Shown: positions 24,783 to 38,627 of the stretch, piece after piece | Numbering within the stretch: position 1 is the stretch's first letter | Layout: each line of letters begins with the position of its first letter | Assembly: GCA_951406725.2 (NCBI GenBank) | Contig: OX597821.1 | Location: forward strand, 11,222,001 to 11,286,000 | Direction: 5' to 3' | From: Octopus vulgaris | Taxonomy: Eukaryota | DNA: 64,000 bases | The notes under the pieces: model-generated | Told to the model about the DNA's origin: nothing | Database searches by the model: none | What the model saw: the letters and a program-made list of their open reading frames with translations, nothing else | Position numbers and translations under genes: made by a program

Positions 24783-26815
24783 GCACCCATACATGTATGG
24801 ATGGGTGTGCGAGCGCGCCTGTGTGTGTGTGTGTGATTGTGTGCGTATGTAATTATTGTGATTATGCTTAACCCCTCCACCGCTTGCCAACCGGTATTGG
24901 ATTGTTGCTGAGCTCGTAGTTCATCGCTTAAAAATAAGTACTGTGTTTAATTTGTTCGACTAAAGTCTTTGGGGAGATGCTGCATTATGGTTGCAGTCTA
25001 ATGACTGAAAAAGCCAACATATACAGATTACAATGTCACAGGTAGGCAGTTTATGCAACTCTTCTTCATAAGGTTTAAATTGAATTTATTTTAATGCGTA
25101 TTAGCGACTAAGTTTTCTACTTTACTCCTGTTATTTTCTTCACCATTTATCACTGTCTTTTCAACTCAGTCTGTTTCTCTCTAGTTTTGTCAATTCTTTG
25201 GCTCTTTCTTTGTTAGCTTCCAAATTACACATTTTCTCACATAGCCTGTTCACAAAACGATGCGGAAATGAATGTTGGACCTCGATATAAACACTTACAT
25301 TTTATCTCATTAATGTAGCCATTTCAGGGAAATAAGCGAGCAATGCGGAAAGAGATGGACCTAATAATCGAGCACAAACGTTTGTCAGGCAATGTTGAGC
25401 TCGTTGGAATTCGCACTCTGAACATACCGGGACAAAATCCCGGAAACAAATTTTATTCGACACCCTAAAAACTCGGCAACTTCGCTCTTTTTCGCAGAAT
25501 ACGAATGACAACGACGAGAAAACAATATGTTTTGCCTGGCACAGAATGAAATATCTTATCGTCGTAGACATTCCAGCCATGGTCATCTAATTTAATTTCA
25601 GGACTGATATATTTCTGACTCCGTTACGCAAGCTATTTTGAACGTTACGTCAAAATATTCCATTTTATTATAGGCCTACTCACCATAGAAAGTTGTGCAA
25701 CGAAATAACTAGTTATCCTCAAACTGGAGACATCGATCGAATGCTTTCCACGAAGTGGAGTTATTGACTGGCACCCGTAGATACATTGATGTCATTATCT
25801 GGTGATAGATTAAGTCTGACATACTAAAAGTGATACAAGTATCGTCCACATGGCGAGTACCCGCACTATATCCATCTACTTTAAATAAATTAAGTTTATA
25901 ATACTTCAGCTGACAAAGAGCAATGGTAAGAGACACTTAGCTAAAGTGCCTCAATTTAAGATCGAACCTGGAACGATGCAATTCTAAAGAAAAGTTTTAA
26001 CCACATTACAATGTCTACTCTATAATCCTCTCTACACAAAAGGAAGAATACAAAATCAGAACATACCGTTAATATTCTACTCCAAGAGAAGAGAAGTCAC
26101 AAAAGTTTATTTTGTTCAGGCCTGAAAATAAGCATATTTGTATTCGAAACCGTTTGATGATTAAGCTTTATTTATTTAACCATACAGTATCAATGAATAC
26201 ATTATCTGTATCCTTTCTCTTTTGTTTGTATTTTTACCGAGTCAAAACTCAGTGAATTTTTTAATTAAATATCTTCTGACTTTACTCACTTGTATCAAAT
26301 TCAAACGTATCTATAATTACATTAGTTATTTTATTCTTTCCTGCATTTAAGTGAATGGGGTGCAGTATAAATGAGAATTAGCTTCTATACCAAGCAAATG
26401 GACGAGAAACAAAGAAGCTGTCTCAATGATTCTTGAAACAAATAAACTTAATGCACTCAGTCTGTGCGATCCATACATTGTTGCAAGCAATGAAGATAAT
26501 TCTTCACATACTGGATCATTTTGTCTTCGCCATTGTTGTTATGTTGTTGCTTATCAACAGGCATATAATAAAAACAATTCCAAAAGTATCATAACACCCG
26601 TTATTTCTCAGATACAGTGTACCGTTGTTGCAAAGCGGCCTTTCGCTACTGTTCTACCTGTCTTTTGACGTCAATTGTCACTCTAGTAGATATTGCTATA
26701 TTCCGACATAGTCGATCGAATAGTTCTAGCTCGCACTGTACGACTCCCAGTCGTACTGTATTATCCTCAAATGGTTGGATGGTTATAACATCCACTCAGT
26801 ATCACAGTATAATTA

Positions 26816-27173
26816 TTGGGTTGTCTGGAAAGTTTGTGTCGATTTACAGTAGCTTAGCTTTCGACTATGTTACCCCACTCTCCATATTCACCATATATTG
26901 CTCCTTCGGATTTCCACTTATTCACGTCTCTGCAGAATAGTCTTAACAGTAAAAATTTCAATTCCTTGGATGACGTTAAAAGATACCTTGATGAAGTCTT
27001 TGCATTAGACACCACCTCTGTTCTAGGAATAGGGTATTTTCAAATTAAAGGAAAGATGGAGATGCATTGTGCAATAAAATGGTTTATATTTAGTTGATTA
27101 AAAATGTAATGGCAAGTATTTATTGACCTTTTGCTTTCCTTTAAAAATCGGCACGAACTTTCCGGACACCCAA
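26816..27173 (+). mobile_element. Internally deleted mariner element (MITE-sized) inserted in the Gypsy LTR
   Basis: TIRs TTGGGTTGTCTGGAAAGTTTGTG / CACGAACTTTCCGGACACCCAA, TA TSD, C-terminal transposase PYSPYIAPSDFHLF. The empty site CAGTATAAT-TA-CTATATC is visible in the other LTR (~30697). Confidence 0.92.
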
Positions 27174-27344
27174 TACTATATCAGCACAGACACAACTATA
27201 CACACAGTCTACACGTCCTCTCGGTACTCTCGACCTCTCTTATCTTCTCCTATCGACCGACAACTGGTTTATTTATAACTGCTGGTAACTACCACTTTTC
27301 ACCGGAAGAAGTGTGTACAGTTTCACTATACAGCATCTACCCTT

Positions 27345-27562
27345 TACTCTTTTACTTGTTTCAGTCATTTGACTGCGGCCATGCTGGAGCACCGCCTTTT
27401 TAATCGAGCAACTCGACCCCGGGACTTATTCTTTTGTAAGCCCAGTACTTATTCTATCGTTCTCTTTTGCCGAACCGCTAAGTAACGGGTACATAATCAC
27501 ACCAGCATCGGTTGTCAAGCAATGCTAGGGGTAGAAACACAGACACACAAACACACACATGC

Positions 27563-27595
<33 letters not shown>

Positions 27596-27761
27596 TACGA
27601 CGGAATTCTTTCAGTTTCCGTCTACCAAATCCACTCACAAGGCTTTGGTCGGCCCGAGGCTATAGTAGAAGATATTTGCCCAAGGTGCCATGCAGTGGGA
27701 CTGAACCCGGAACCATGTGGTTGGTAAACAAGCTACTTACCACACAGCCACTCCTGCGCCT
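27345..27761 (-). mobile_element. SINE family B, full length
   Basis: Same sequence family as 20194-20587. Confidence 0.92.
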
Positions 27762-27840
27762 ATAACCTTTTCATTTTTTTTATTAACAATCAATTTCTTT
27801 TATTCACCCTACCTCCTCCATTTATACACGCACACACACG

Positions 27841-27910
<70 letters not shown>

Positions 27911-28748
27911 TTTATAGATATAGATATACTCAATATCTTTTCTATTTAGGGTCTACTTTTCGGAATTCAGTGTTCTTCCTTTTCCTCGTATGCGTGCTTT
28001 CGACTTCTCGTAACGGTGTTGGAACCTGAAAAGTGTCTAAGTCAATCCATCGGTATTTCTACTCTTGTTGGTTCCTTTTCTATGACTATTTCCTTAAGCT
28101 GATTTCTGTCTCCATTCCATTCCATTTCTGCTTCTAACACTGGATCCTATAAAGGAGCTGTTGAGGCAGCGAACGACGAAATGTGGTTGGAATTCCTTCA
28201 GACATCATTCTTACAATTTCTCCTTCTCCACAGTCTTGCTTGCCATTTTTGTACATCCTTACATACCTTATCACCTATTCTAAAGAATTTTCATATGTCT
28301 TTACTAGCAAATTATTTTCTTCTTCACTGATAACAATTTATCAAATACTGATTTCGCCTTTCTGGCAAACATTAATTCTGCTGGTGAAATTCCTTCTGGT
28401 GCATTTGCGTTTTGAGTTACTCTATATGCCCTTAAGGAATTGTTGGATCACGACCTTGCCCGTGGCTTCCTTATTAGCTTTCTTTAAATCTCTCTTAAAT
28501 ATGTCCACGAACCCATCGACCCTTCCATTCGGTCTCGGGTGATACGGTGCTATATTTTTATGTTTTAACGTAAACACCTCCCAGAATCATTTAAACTCAC
28601 AGGATACAAACTATATTCCGTTACACTAGGCAACAAAACTTTTGCTACTATTAGACGAAATTGTGTTCATGGGTAGTTTGGGAGCGCAGATTCCGAATCA
28701 GCTAGCCTCTTTGCTCTATCACGTCACGCTGTTGCGCTATCCTTATTA

Positions 28749-29136
28749 GATGGAAGCACTCCGTCGGTTACGACGACGAGGGTTCCGGTTGATCCGAATC
28801 AACGGAACAGCCTGCTCGTGAAATTAACGTGTAAGTGGCTGAGCACTCCACAGACACGTGTACACTTAACGTAGTTCTCGGGGATATTCAGCGTGACACA
28901 GAGAGTGACAAGGCTGGCCCTTTGAAATACAGGTACAACAGAAACAGGAAGTAAGAGTGAGAGAAAGTTGTGGTGAAAGAGTACAGCAGGGATCACCACC
29001 ATCCTCTGCCGGAGCCTCGTGGAACTTTTAGGTGTTTTCGCTCAATAAACACTCACAACGCCCGGTCTGGGAGTCGAAACCGCGATCCTATGACCGCGAG
29101 TCCGCTGCCCTAACCACTGGGCCATTGCGCTTCCAC
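28749..29136 (-). mobile_element. Full-length SINE family A inside the Chapaev3-like element
   Basis: Reverse complement of 12797-13184. TSD CTATCCTTATTA. Confidence 0.92.
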
Positions 29137-29659
29137 TATCCTTATTATACAGCTATCAAAATTATAATAATATGAAAATTGGTCACAAACAAAATGAATG
29201 TTATGTTATGTTAAGCGTAAATTACCGTTATCTGAAATCAGAAAAATAGCAGCTAGGTGGACAAGTATCTCTAAACACAAAACAAAAATGTGAAGTGAAA
29301 ATCGCTTATGTTGCATGTCCGTTTCTCGTTTTAAAAGCCAGTAGTAGCCCATCAGCATGTCTGTCGTAAGTCTGCCGCTGTAGCGGCTTCCAATCTCTTT
29401 GATTTCTTGGTGAAATCGTTCATCATGCTCATCGCTTGCATCACCCATACTGAGTGGAAAAGTCAAGATGTGAGTGAAGAAAATGAATTTTTAAAGACAT
29501 TTTGGCCCCAAGTTGCTTATAATTTTTCAAATAATCATTCACGATTGCAACGTAGTTAAGATGATTTTTCATTTCCCAAACATTTTTTCGAAGAGATGCA
29601 AACTTTTCCCAAGCTGTTTTCACTACTTGGCTTAATTTTTCCTGAAAGTGCTCATCACA

Positions 29660-29822
29660 AATTTTATATTTTAATTTACTGACAAGCTTCCTTGAGTGTT
29701 GATTTAGGTTATTATTGTATGCATTTATGATGAGCAGAACTTTTCTGCTCATCATAAATGCATACAATAATAACCTAAATCAACACTCAAGGAAGCTTGT
29801 CAGTAAATTAAAATATAAAATT
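29660..29822. repeat. Perfect palindrome, 80-bp arms, 3-nt loop
   Basis: AATTTTATATTTT...GATGAGCAGAA-CTT-TTCTGCTCATC...AAAATATAAAATT. Confidence 0.95.
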
Positions 29823-31383
29823 AATCAGCTGTAAATGCTACTCTAAAACATCAAAATATATTTCTCAAGAAGTATCATTGAAATTATTACAGAATGTACT
29901 GAAGCTATGGCTATCACGAAACAATTTTTTCCATCTCTAGATTTCAAACATTCATCACTTTAATAAATTAACTAAACTTACTACTTAACTACTTTTCATA
30001 TAACCTGGTTGTCATATATGATGTATTTTGTTTTAACAGCACTAGCTGTTATCAAGAAAAGGGAGTTTCAGTAGCTTACTATAACCTAATAACAAAAGCC
30101 TACCGTGAGGAGAACTTTACTATAATTACAGCGATAACAAAGCAAAATAAATTCTTATCTTGTGTGGCAATTTAACAGATAACCTGCATTTCCCTCTACC
30201 AGCACTTATTTTTGTTTCCGTGATGAGTATATGAATGAAAATCGAAAGCAAATAGCCTACTTTATCAATATTATCAATTGGTGGAAAATCTGATACTGTG
30301 AATAACTAAAAAAAACTACATGTGCTATCTGAAAACTGATGTCAGATTCGGATGAAGCACCCTTAAATTACCCTAAATCAGCTGAAAAAGTTTAAATAGC
30401 TTGACAAAATGTTTTTGTTACCCAGTGTTATCAGAGACAATTATATCCGGTACACCAAATCTTGCGAACAGTTCGCATAAGGAGTTTATTACCGTACATG
30501 AGATTGGTCGTTTATACCTCGCCACCTCAGGCTATTTTGTGTAGATGTCCACTACTATTAAGTAATGATATCCATTTGCTGGGCCTGCAAAATCGATATG
30601 CAATCGGGATCGTGGTATTTTCACTAGGAGTCGTACAGTGTTATTATCCTCAAACGGTTGGCTCGTTATAACGTCCATTCAGCATCACAGTATAATTACT
30701 ATATCAACACAGACACGAATATCCACACAGTCTTCATGTACTCTCGACCTTTTGTACCTCCTCCTGTCGACCGGCTACTGGGCAATTTATAATGGCTGGC
30801 AACTACCATATTTTACCGGGAGGGATGTACAGTTTTACAATGGGACAACCTTGGACTACTTTATTCAATGTAATCTTCCGTTTTGTCTAAGTAAAAGGCA
30901 GGCTGGTAAGGAAACTTAGCTGCATTATCTTCAAGAATGATCAACCACATGAAATATTCTAATCCAACTTTGGGTCGGATCGGAATATAATTAATCAAGG
31001 AGGTAAAATATCTGCAGGAATTGAAGCTAGCTACGAAAGGAAATTTTCAATTCTTCGCTTCTTCGACCAACTCATTTTATTTCCGGTGTAACGGATACAT
31101 CTGTATTAGACAAAACCAGAAACTAAAACATTATGGATATAGAAATATACATATGCGTGAACAAATTGACAGATTGAACTTCCTGATGAATACTTTCGTA
31201 GTTATATATCAAGTTACAATATAATAGTGGTGAACATATTTTGACAGATGCAAAATCTTCTTTCGAAATCACTGTGATACAGAAAATGAACGATTTAAAG
31301 AGTTTGCCCAAGACTAATACGTTCAACATGAGATATTATATTATAGTTATTTCTCTTCCTATTCATTCTTAGTCATCTTTCTT

Positions 31384-31439
<56 letters not shown>

Positions 31440-31981
31440 ATCCTCTCTCCACCTCTTAATCTATCTCCATTTCTTTCTCTTCTTATCTTTCATCTCTCTT
31501 TCATCCAATCCCAAATTATGTCATTTCCTGACTCCTATTTTCTCTTCATATCATTTCTAGTTAACTACATATTTCACATAATATTTGGTTTCATATACAA
31601 GAAAAGGCACTGAATACACAGTACGGAAATAGTTTCATTTATTAAGATACATGCATGCACGCACGTGCACAACACACACACACACATACGCGCGCGCACG
31701 CACATAGCAACATGTACATATCTACATTTATATATATAAATTTATACATATATATAAGTATATATAATATATATTTATATATACTTTGCCTAATAGTGGT
31801 TTTATCTCTAATTTAATATAATATATATATTTATATATATATATATACTTACATATATATGTTTATATACATATATATGCGCATAAAAACACACACACGC
31901 ATGCACACACTAACTGTTTTATTATACAAGATATATATATATATATATATATAGGTGTGTATGTATGTATATTTATATATA

Positions 31982-32162
31982 CGAGGCGGGTGGGACTGAA
32001 AAATTCGTAGCTGGAAACCCAACGTTCCGAGTTCTTTTACAGGGCTTAGAAAAAGTGAAGGGTCGCTGCAATATGAATTTGAATCTAAAAGGGAATATGG
32101 TGAATGAAATCATGATCCTCATGTATTTTCTCTTACCCAAATCCAGCAACATTTCAGCGTAT
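31982..32162 (+). mobile_element. Short decayed mariner derivative
   Basis: TA-CGAGG..CTGAAAAATTC TIR-like start and C-terminal remnant GLEKVKGRCNMNLNLKG. Confidence 0.55.
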
Positions 32163-32176
32163 ACATATCTATATGT

Positions 32177-32237
<61 letters not shown>

Positions 32238-32388
32238 TGTGTGTGTATACATATATATAAATATATATATATCCCCTATTTCACCTTTCCATCTTCTATA
32301 AAACGCGTTATCATGTTGTCTTTCTGTACTAGACAACAACTTGGTTGCCTGAGATACATCAACATACATACATGCATATATATGTGTG

Positions 32389-32452
<64 letters not shown>

Positions 32453-33310
32453 TGCTAGTGTATAGAAATAAAATTAAACTTCATTTGATGGCGCCAGTAA
32501 GACTGATTATTTGATTAAGTAATGCACAGTTAATAACTAACAGTAATTGTGTGGGTGGAAGGACGGTTAGTAAGATAGTCACCCTTTCTTTCACATTATC
32601 TCTCTCTCTCTTTCTTTGTTTTATTGTTAAGACACACTTTTCTGTGTCACATTTCTCTTTACTACCTTTATATCAAAACCTAACGTTCTCTTCGTTTCCT
32701 TGATCTGTCGTCAACCATCTTCCTTTCCACTCCGATTATCCCTTTTTCCTTACGCGTTCTTTCCTCTCATAATCTCTTTCTTATCATTCTCGAACACTTT
32801 TCCCCTTTCTCCCTCTGTAGTTTATAACTTTCTCTCTTTTCTCTCAACATTTTCTCTCTTACCCATGCACAAATTCCCTCTCTGAACTATTCTCTCTCCA
32901 TATTTTTATTACTCTTACTCTCAGTTCTTCCTCTCATTCTCTCTCTCCCTCCCCTTCAGTTCCTATCTCCCTCATCACTGAACACATTCAAACAATACAA
33001 ATACAAATATAGTGTTACAATGATTGACATGCACAACATCCATTAAATATCTTCATCTCGTTATTTCAACAAGGACACAGAACAGGTGTAATTTTTCTTA
33101 AACATGATAAATGGAAATATGAGATCGCATATGCGCACGGGATGCAGTATATGAGAGAATGTGTGCGTGTCAAAGTGTGTGTGTATGTATATCTCAGACA
33201 ATTTTCGTGAATGTCTACTCCAGCATTTTGAAGGAAAATGGACTACGCATATACACGTACACTAATGCATACACAGACATATATAAATATATATATGCAC
33301 ACACACACAC

Positions 33311-33341
<31 letters not shown>

Positions 33342-33802
33342 CACGAATTTATGCGTGTATGTATGTATTATCTTATTTAAACCTTTCACAAATCCTTGTA
33401 GTTATGCGCAAATAGGCCTAAAATATTGTCATGATTTTTTTTTTTTCATAAATTTAATATGTTGGAGGGAATTGAGAATATGCTTCTAGTACATATAAGT
33501 GCGCGTGTAATGACGTATAAGTAAGTATGCGCAAGTATTATACGCATATACACAAAAATCACTTACTGCATTTCGTAAATGGGAGACTCTTCGATGTGAA
33601 TAGATACCAGAAGTGCGTCGTACATTGGCATGTTGAACATGAATAGTTAATGGTTTAAAACGTTCAACGATAACATTTCTGCCACTCTGAAGCAATTACT
33701 CTATTTTCCATTCACTGGCACCGTCACTGTTTTGACATATACAGACAGAACTTACTGAAATATCTACCTCCTGCATTCATATCCAGTCCTAACGTTGACG
33801 AC

Positions 33803-33828
33803 ATAGTAGTAGTAGTAGCAGTAGTAGC

Positions 33829-33868
<40 letters not shown>

Positions 33869-33888
33869 ACAGCACCAGCAGCAGCAGC

Positions 33889-33931
<43 letters not shown>

Positions 33932-34002
33932 ACAGCAGTAGTAGTAGTAGTAGTAGTAACAGCAGTAGTAGTAGTAGTAGTAGTAGTAACAGCACCAGCA
34001 GC

Positions 34003-34041
<39 letters not shown>

Positions 34042-34155
34042 TGTTGTTGTAGTAGTAGTAGTAGTAGTAACAGCAGTAGTAGTAGTAGTAGTAGTAGTAG
34101 CAGCAGCAGCAGCAGCAGCAACACCAGCAGCAGCAGTAGCAGCAGCAGCAGCAAC

Positions 34156-34212
<57 letters not shown>
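33803..34212. repeat. ~410-bp compound (TAG)n/(CAG)n trinucleotide array
   Basis: Direct reading. Source of the spurious poly-Leu ORF 33789-34256. Confidence 0.97.
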
Positions 34213-34213
<1 letters not shown>

Positions 34214-34249
34214 AGGGGTGCGTTGGTGGTGGTGGTGGTGGTGTTGGTG

Positions 34250-34628
34250 GTTTCAAATTTCGGCAGGAGGCCAGCGAATTTTCGGAAAGATTGAAGTCGA
34301 TTACAGCAATTTCTCTATTTTATTTATTTGGAAATTATGAAAGGCAAAGTCGACCATAGCGAGGTGGGGACTAAGAATGTAAAGCCAGAAGAAATACCTA
34401 TTTCTTTACTACCCACAAGAGGCTAAACTCAGAGAGGACAAACAAGGACAGACAAAGGGATTAAGTCGATTAGATCGACCCCAGTGCATAACTAGTACTT
34501 ATTTAATCGACCCCGAAAGGATTAAAGGCAAAGTCGACCTCGGCGGAATTTGAACTCAGAACATAACGGCAGACGAAATACCGGTGCAGGTACGATTCTA
34601 CCATCTCGTTGTCTTATCAACAACAGGA

Positions 34629-34662
<34 letters not shown>

Positions 34663-34890
34663 TTACTACTACTACTACTACAACAACAACAACTGCAACA
34701 AGAAGAAGAAGAACAACAACAACAGTACTACTAATAATAATATATTTTTTTTTTTTACTACCCACAAGGAGCTAAACACAGAGAGGACAAACAAGGACAG
34801 ACAAACGGATTACGTCGATTATATCGACCCCAGTGAGTAACTGGTACTTATTTAATCGACCCCGAAAGGATGAAAGGCAAAGTCGACCTG
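34250..34890 (-). mobile_element. Cluster of partial SINE family C copies with (TAC/AAC)n
   Basis: CTACCCACAAG..GGACAAACAAGGACAGAC..AAGGCAAAGTCGACC repeated. Confidence 0.85.
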
Positions 34891-35435
34891 CAGTACCAGG
34901 CAGTGGCTCTCGTGGTTTCTGATCTTAACTGATTGGAAGTATTATCACGTACATTGTTTTGTCTTGGTATAAAAGATGGGCTACAGCAAATATTCTGCTC
35001 AATATTACAGATTTGCTTGTCAGTTGTTTGACCTTAAACAGTTGAGCACGTCCCTTAGTAGCTGACGATATGTGCATCTCTGATCACGAGCAGAAGTAGT
35101 GGGGGAGCATCATAGCCATGTGTTGAGAGGGATTCTTTGGGGTTTAAATAATTCACCTCTGGAAACATGGGTGTTTCATTCAACATCCTTAAACAACCCT
35201 TATTCAGGGACCTTTCGAGTGGGATGGGTTACTCGACCTGAAGAAAATTCTAACTGGGCCCCACCTGCAAGGTCATGTGTTGTTTATCTTGATATGAGAT
35301 CACCATGTCGCGCACATATGGTTGTGATGCATGTGCCTAGTGTACCCTTATCAGACGGGTAGTCATGATGGGTAAACTGGGCTTCGTATATTTTACCCCA
35401 GTGTCACTTTGATGGCATGCACTGCTCTCTCACTC

Positions 35436-35500
<65 letters not shown>

Positions 35501-36111
35501 TAATGATAACAACAACAACAACAACAACAACAATAATAATAATAATAACAATAATGATAACAACAACAACAGCAACAACAACAACAACAATAATAATAAT
35601 AATAATAATAATAACAATAATAATAATAATAGTTTTGTCTTGGTATAAAAGATGGGCTACAGCAAATATTCTGCTCAATACCACAGATTTGCTTGTCAGT
35701 TGTTTGACCTTAACCAGTTGAGCATGTCCCTTAGTGGCTGACGATATGTGCATCTCTGATCACGAGCAGAAGTAGTGGGGAAGCATCATAGCCATGTGTT
35801 GAGAAGGATTCTTTGGGGTTTGAATAATTCACCTCTGGAAACATGGGTGTTTCGTTCAACGTCCTTAAACAACCCTTATTCAGGGACCTTTTGAGCGGGA
35901 TGGGTTACTCGACCAGAAGAAAATTCTAACTGGGCTCCACCTGCAAGGTCATGTGTTGTTTATCTTGATATGAGATCACCATGTCGCGCACATATGGTTG
36001 TGATGCATGTGCCTAGTGTACCCTTATCAGACGGGTAGTCATGATGGGTAAACTGGGCTTCGTATATTTTACCCCAGTGTCACTTTGATGGCATGCACTG
36101 CTCTCTCACTC

Positions 36112-36158
<47 letters not shown>

Positions 36159-36718
36159 TAATGATAACAACAACAACAGCAACATCAACAACAACAATAA
36201 TAATAATAATAATAATAATAACAATAATAATAATAATAGTTTTGTCTTGGTATAAAAGATGGGCTACAGCAAATATTCTGCTCAATACCACAGATTTGCT
36301 TGTCAGTTGTTTGACCGTAACCAGTTGAGCATGTCCCTTAGTGGCTGACGATATGTGCATCTCTGATCACGAGCAGAAGTAGTGGGGAAGCATCATAGCC
36401 ATGTGTTGAGAAGGATTCTTTGGGGTTTGAATAATTCACCTCTGGAAACATGGGTGTTTCGTTCAACGTCCTTAAACAACCCTTATTCAGGGACCTTTTG
36501 AGCGGGATGGGTTACTCGATCTGAAGAAAATTCTAACTGGGCTCCACCTGCAAGGTCATGTGCTGTTTATCTTGATATGAGATCACCATGTCGCGCACAT
36601 ATGGTTGTGATGCATGTGCCTGGTGTACCCTTATCAGACGGGTAGTCATGATGGGTAAACTGGGCTTCGTATATTTTACCCCAGTGTCACTTTGATGGCA
36701 TGCTCTGCTCGCTCACTC

Positions 36719-36750
<32 letters not shown>

Positions 36751-36760
36751 TAATAATAAT
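34889..36760 (+). mobile_element. Three tandem copies of a ~480-bp (AAT)n-tailed retroelement 3' end
   Basis: Units ~34957-35435, 35632-36111 and 36239-36718, each ending CTCACTC-(AAT)n. Copy 1 extends ~70 bp further 5'. Confidence 0.85.
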
Positions 36761-37039
36761 GATAAACATAATAATAACCATTTCAAATTTTAGCACAAGG
36801 CCAGCAATTTCGAGGTCGATTTCGTTGGCCCCAGTGTTCAACTCGTTCTTACTTTATCGACCTCGAATGGATGAAAGCCAGGGTCAACTCTTGCAGCATT
36901 TGAACTCAGAACATAGAGACGAACTAAATGCCGCTAAGCATTTCTCCGGTGCCCTAACGATTAACTTGTGCATGGCCGAGACTATAAAAAGGCTTATGGC
37001 ATGTTGCTGCATTCGTGGGTTTTTCTAATACTTGATATT

Positions 37040-37458
37040 CTCTTTACTCTTTTACTCTTTTACTTGTTTCAGTCATTTGACTGCGGCCATGCTGGAGCAC
37101 CGCCTTTAGTCGAGCAAATTGACCCCGGGACTTATTCTTTTTGTAAGCCCAGTACTTATTCTATCGGTCTCTTTTGTCGAACCTCTAAGTGACGGGGACG
37201 TAAACACACCAGCATCGGTTGTCAAGCAATGCTAGGGGGACAAACACAGACACACAAACATATACACAGACTTATATATATATATACTTATATACGACAG
37301 GCTTCATTCAGTTTCCGTCTACCAAATCCACTCACAAGGCATTGGTCGGCCCGGGGCTATAGCAGAAGACACTTGCCCAAGATGCCACGCAGTGGGACTG
37401 AACCCGGAACCATGTGGTTGGTTAGCAAGCTACTTACCACACAGCCACTCCTGCGCCT
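37040..37458 (-). mobile_element. SINE family B, full length
   Basis: Nearly identical to 20194-20587. Confidence 0.92.
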
Positions 37459-37479
37459 ATGTGTGGAGTAGCTGAGAAT

Positions 37480-38545
37480 GTGCGTGTACTGATCAACACC
37501 AATACGCCTAGATGGAAAAATGCATTTTCCATAACAACCAGTAGCAATCAAATATGATGTCATCCAAACAGATTCTTGTCTACCTTCGCTCTTTTTTATA
37601 GAATTGATCTCACTTTTTCTAGTTCTATGCAAAAGTCAACACGCACAACGAGCTGAGGAAGAATCGACCTCCTGTCAATCACCTTCTCTCTACGTATAAT
37701 TTAAAACTGTTCATAAAAGCTGTCAATAAGAAGGATTTACCAACAATAGATTTGATAGTCATAATGAATTCTGATCACGAATATCCCACGTGAGAGAAGA
37801 AACAACAATTCCATACTGAATTACATAGTCGCTTCCACCGCAAGATTAACAGCTTAAAAGAATAGGAAACATCAAGGATGTGGCTTAGCAAAGACGACCT
37901 TAAAAGAAGACTGAAAGCCTGATAATTATTGGGCAGTAATGGGCAATGTATGTCAACTCCGAAAAGTGATATATACCACACATGTACTACGAATGTGCGG
38001 GGAAGATAATCGAAAGCACCACTCACATCGCTAACGCTTGTACAAGAATAGAAGTGCAGATACGACAAGGTAGTTCTAAATCTTCACTGGCAACTGTAAC
38101 AGAAGTATGGAAATGAAGTAATGGGTGCTTGGTACCAACTTACACCGGTAAAAATAATGGACAAAAACGGGAAGGCAAAAATCTGGAACTTTCACTACCA
38201 AACAGATGAAGTGTTAAAACACCAAACGCCGAGCATTGCAGCCTTTTAGAGGGAAAAATAAGAATGTCTAATAATAGACGTGGTAGAGTCAAGTGATTAC
38301 TCTATTGTCATGATAGAAAGAGAAAATGTCAATAAATATGGAGATGTGAAAATTATGATCGCTAAGATGTCGCAGCTGCGTGAGTTAAAGTGTGTTCCAG
38401 AGCATTCAGTTCAATACCACCGAAACGGAAGAAACATCTGGACATTTTAGAAATAGCCTTCAGTCATGGTATATAGCAAAAGATGGCTTCACTTGGAAAA
38501 CATATTCCGAAAGTGCTGTCTGTTGGAGGTCCTTGTACTATTTCC
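37480..38545 (+). mobile_element. Decayed R4/Dong-like LINE 3' region
   Basis: Fragments CGKIIESTTHIANAC (zinc-knuckle-like), KIWNFHYQTDEVLKHQTPSI, CLIIDVV and NKYGDVKIMI (RLE-like). Confidence 0.65.
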
Positions 38546-38627
38546 CGATATATCTTCAATCTACAGCATCACAGTTTTGGATACCGTGCAATGATTTCCA
38601 TAACTGCAAAAAACAACAACAACGTTA

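Larger units (their letters stand above)
28624..30427 (-). mobile_element. Chapaev3-like (CMC) DNA transposon, internally deleted
   Basis: TIRs CACTAGGCAACAAAA / TTTTTGTTACCCAGTG, 3-bp TTA TSD, transposase remnant MSLKIHFLHSHLDF..SDEHDERFHQEIKEIGSRYSG..YYWLLKRE. Confidence 0.8.
26735..30847 (-). mobile_element. Internally deleted Gypsy/Ty3 LTR retrotransposon (two diverged LTRs plus integrase) with nested insertions
   Basis: LTR-like direct repeats at ~26750-27335 (interrupted by a MITE) and ~30630-30847 begin TG on -. A PPT-like AAAGGGTAGA lies at 27336-27345. Integrase remnants RLHIDFAGP..YLIVVD..LFARFGVPDIIVSD|NG..APYHPRPNG..SPAELMFARK occupy 30620-30428 and 28623-27930. Confidence 0.85.

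Noticed and set aside
35239-35245. CTGAAGA in the triplicated unit as a hammerhead core
   Set aside because: No helix II or downstream GAAA could be built, and the box is mutated in copy 2.
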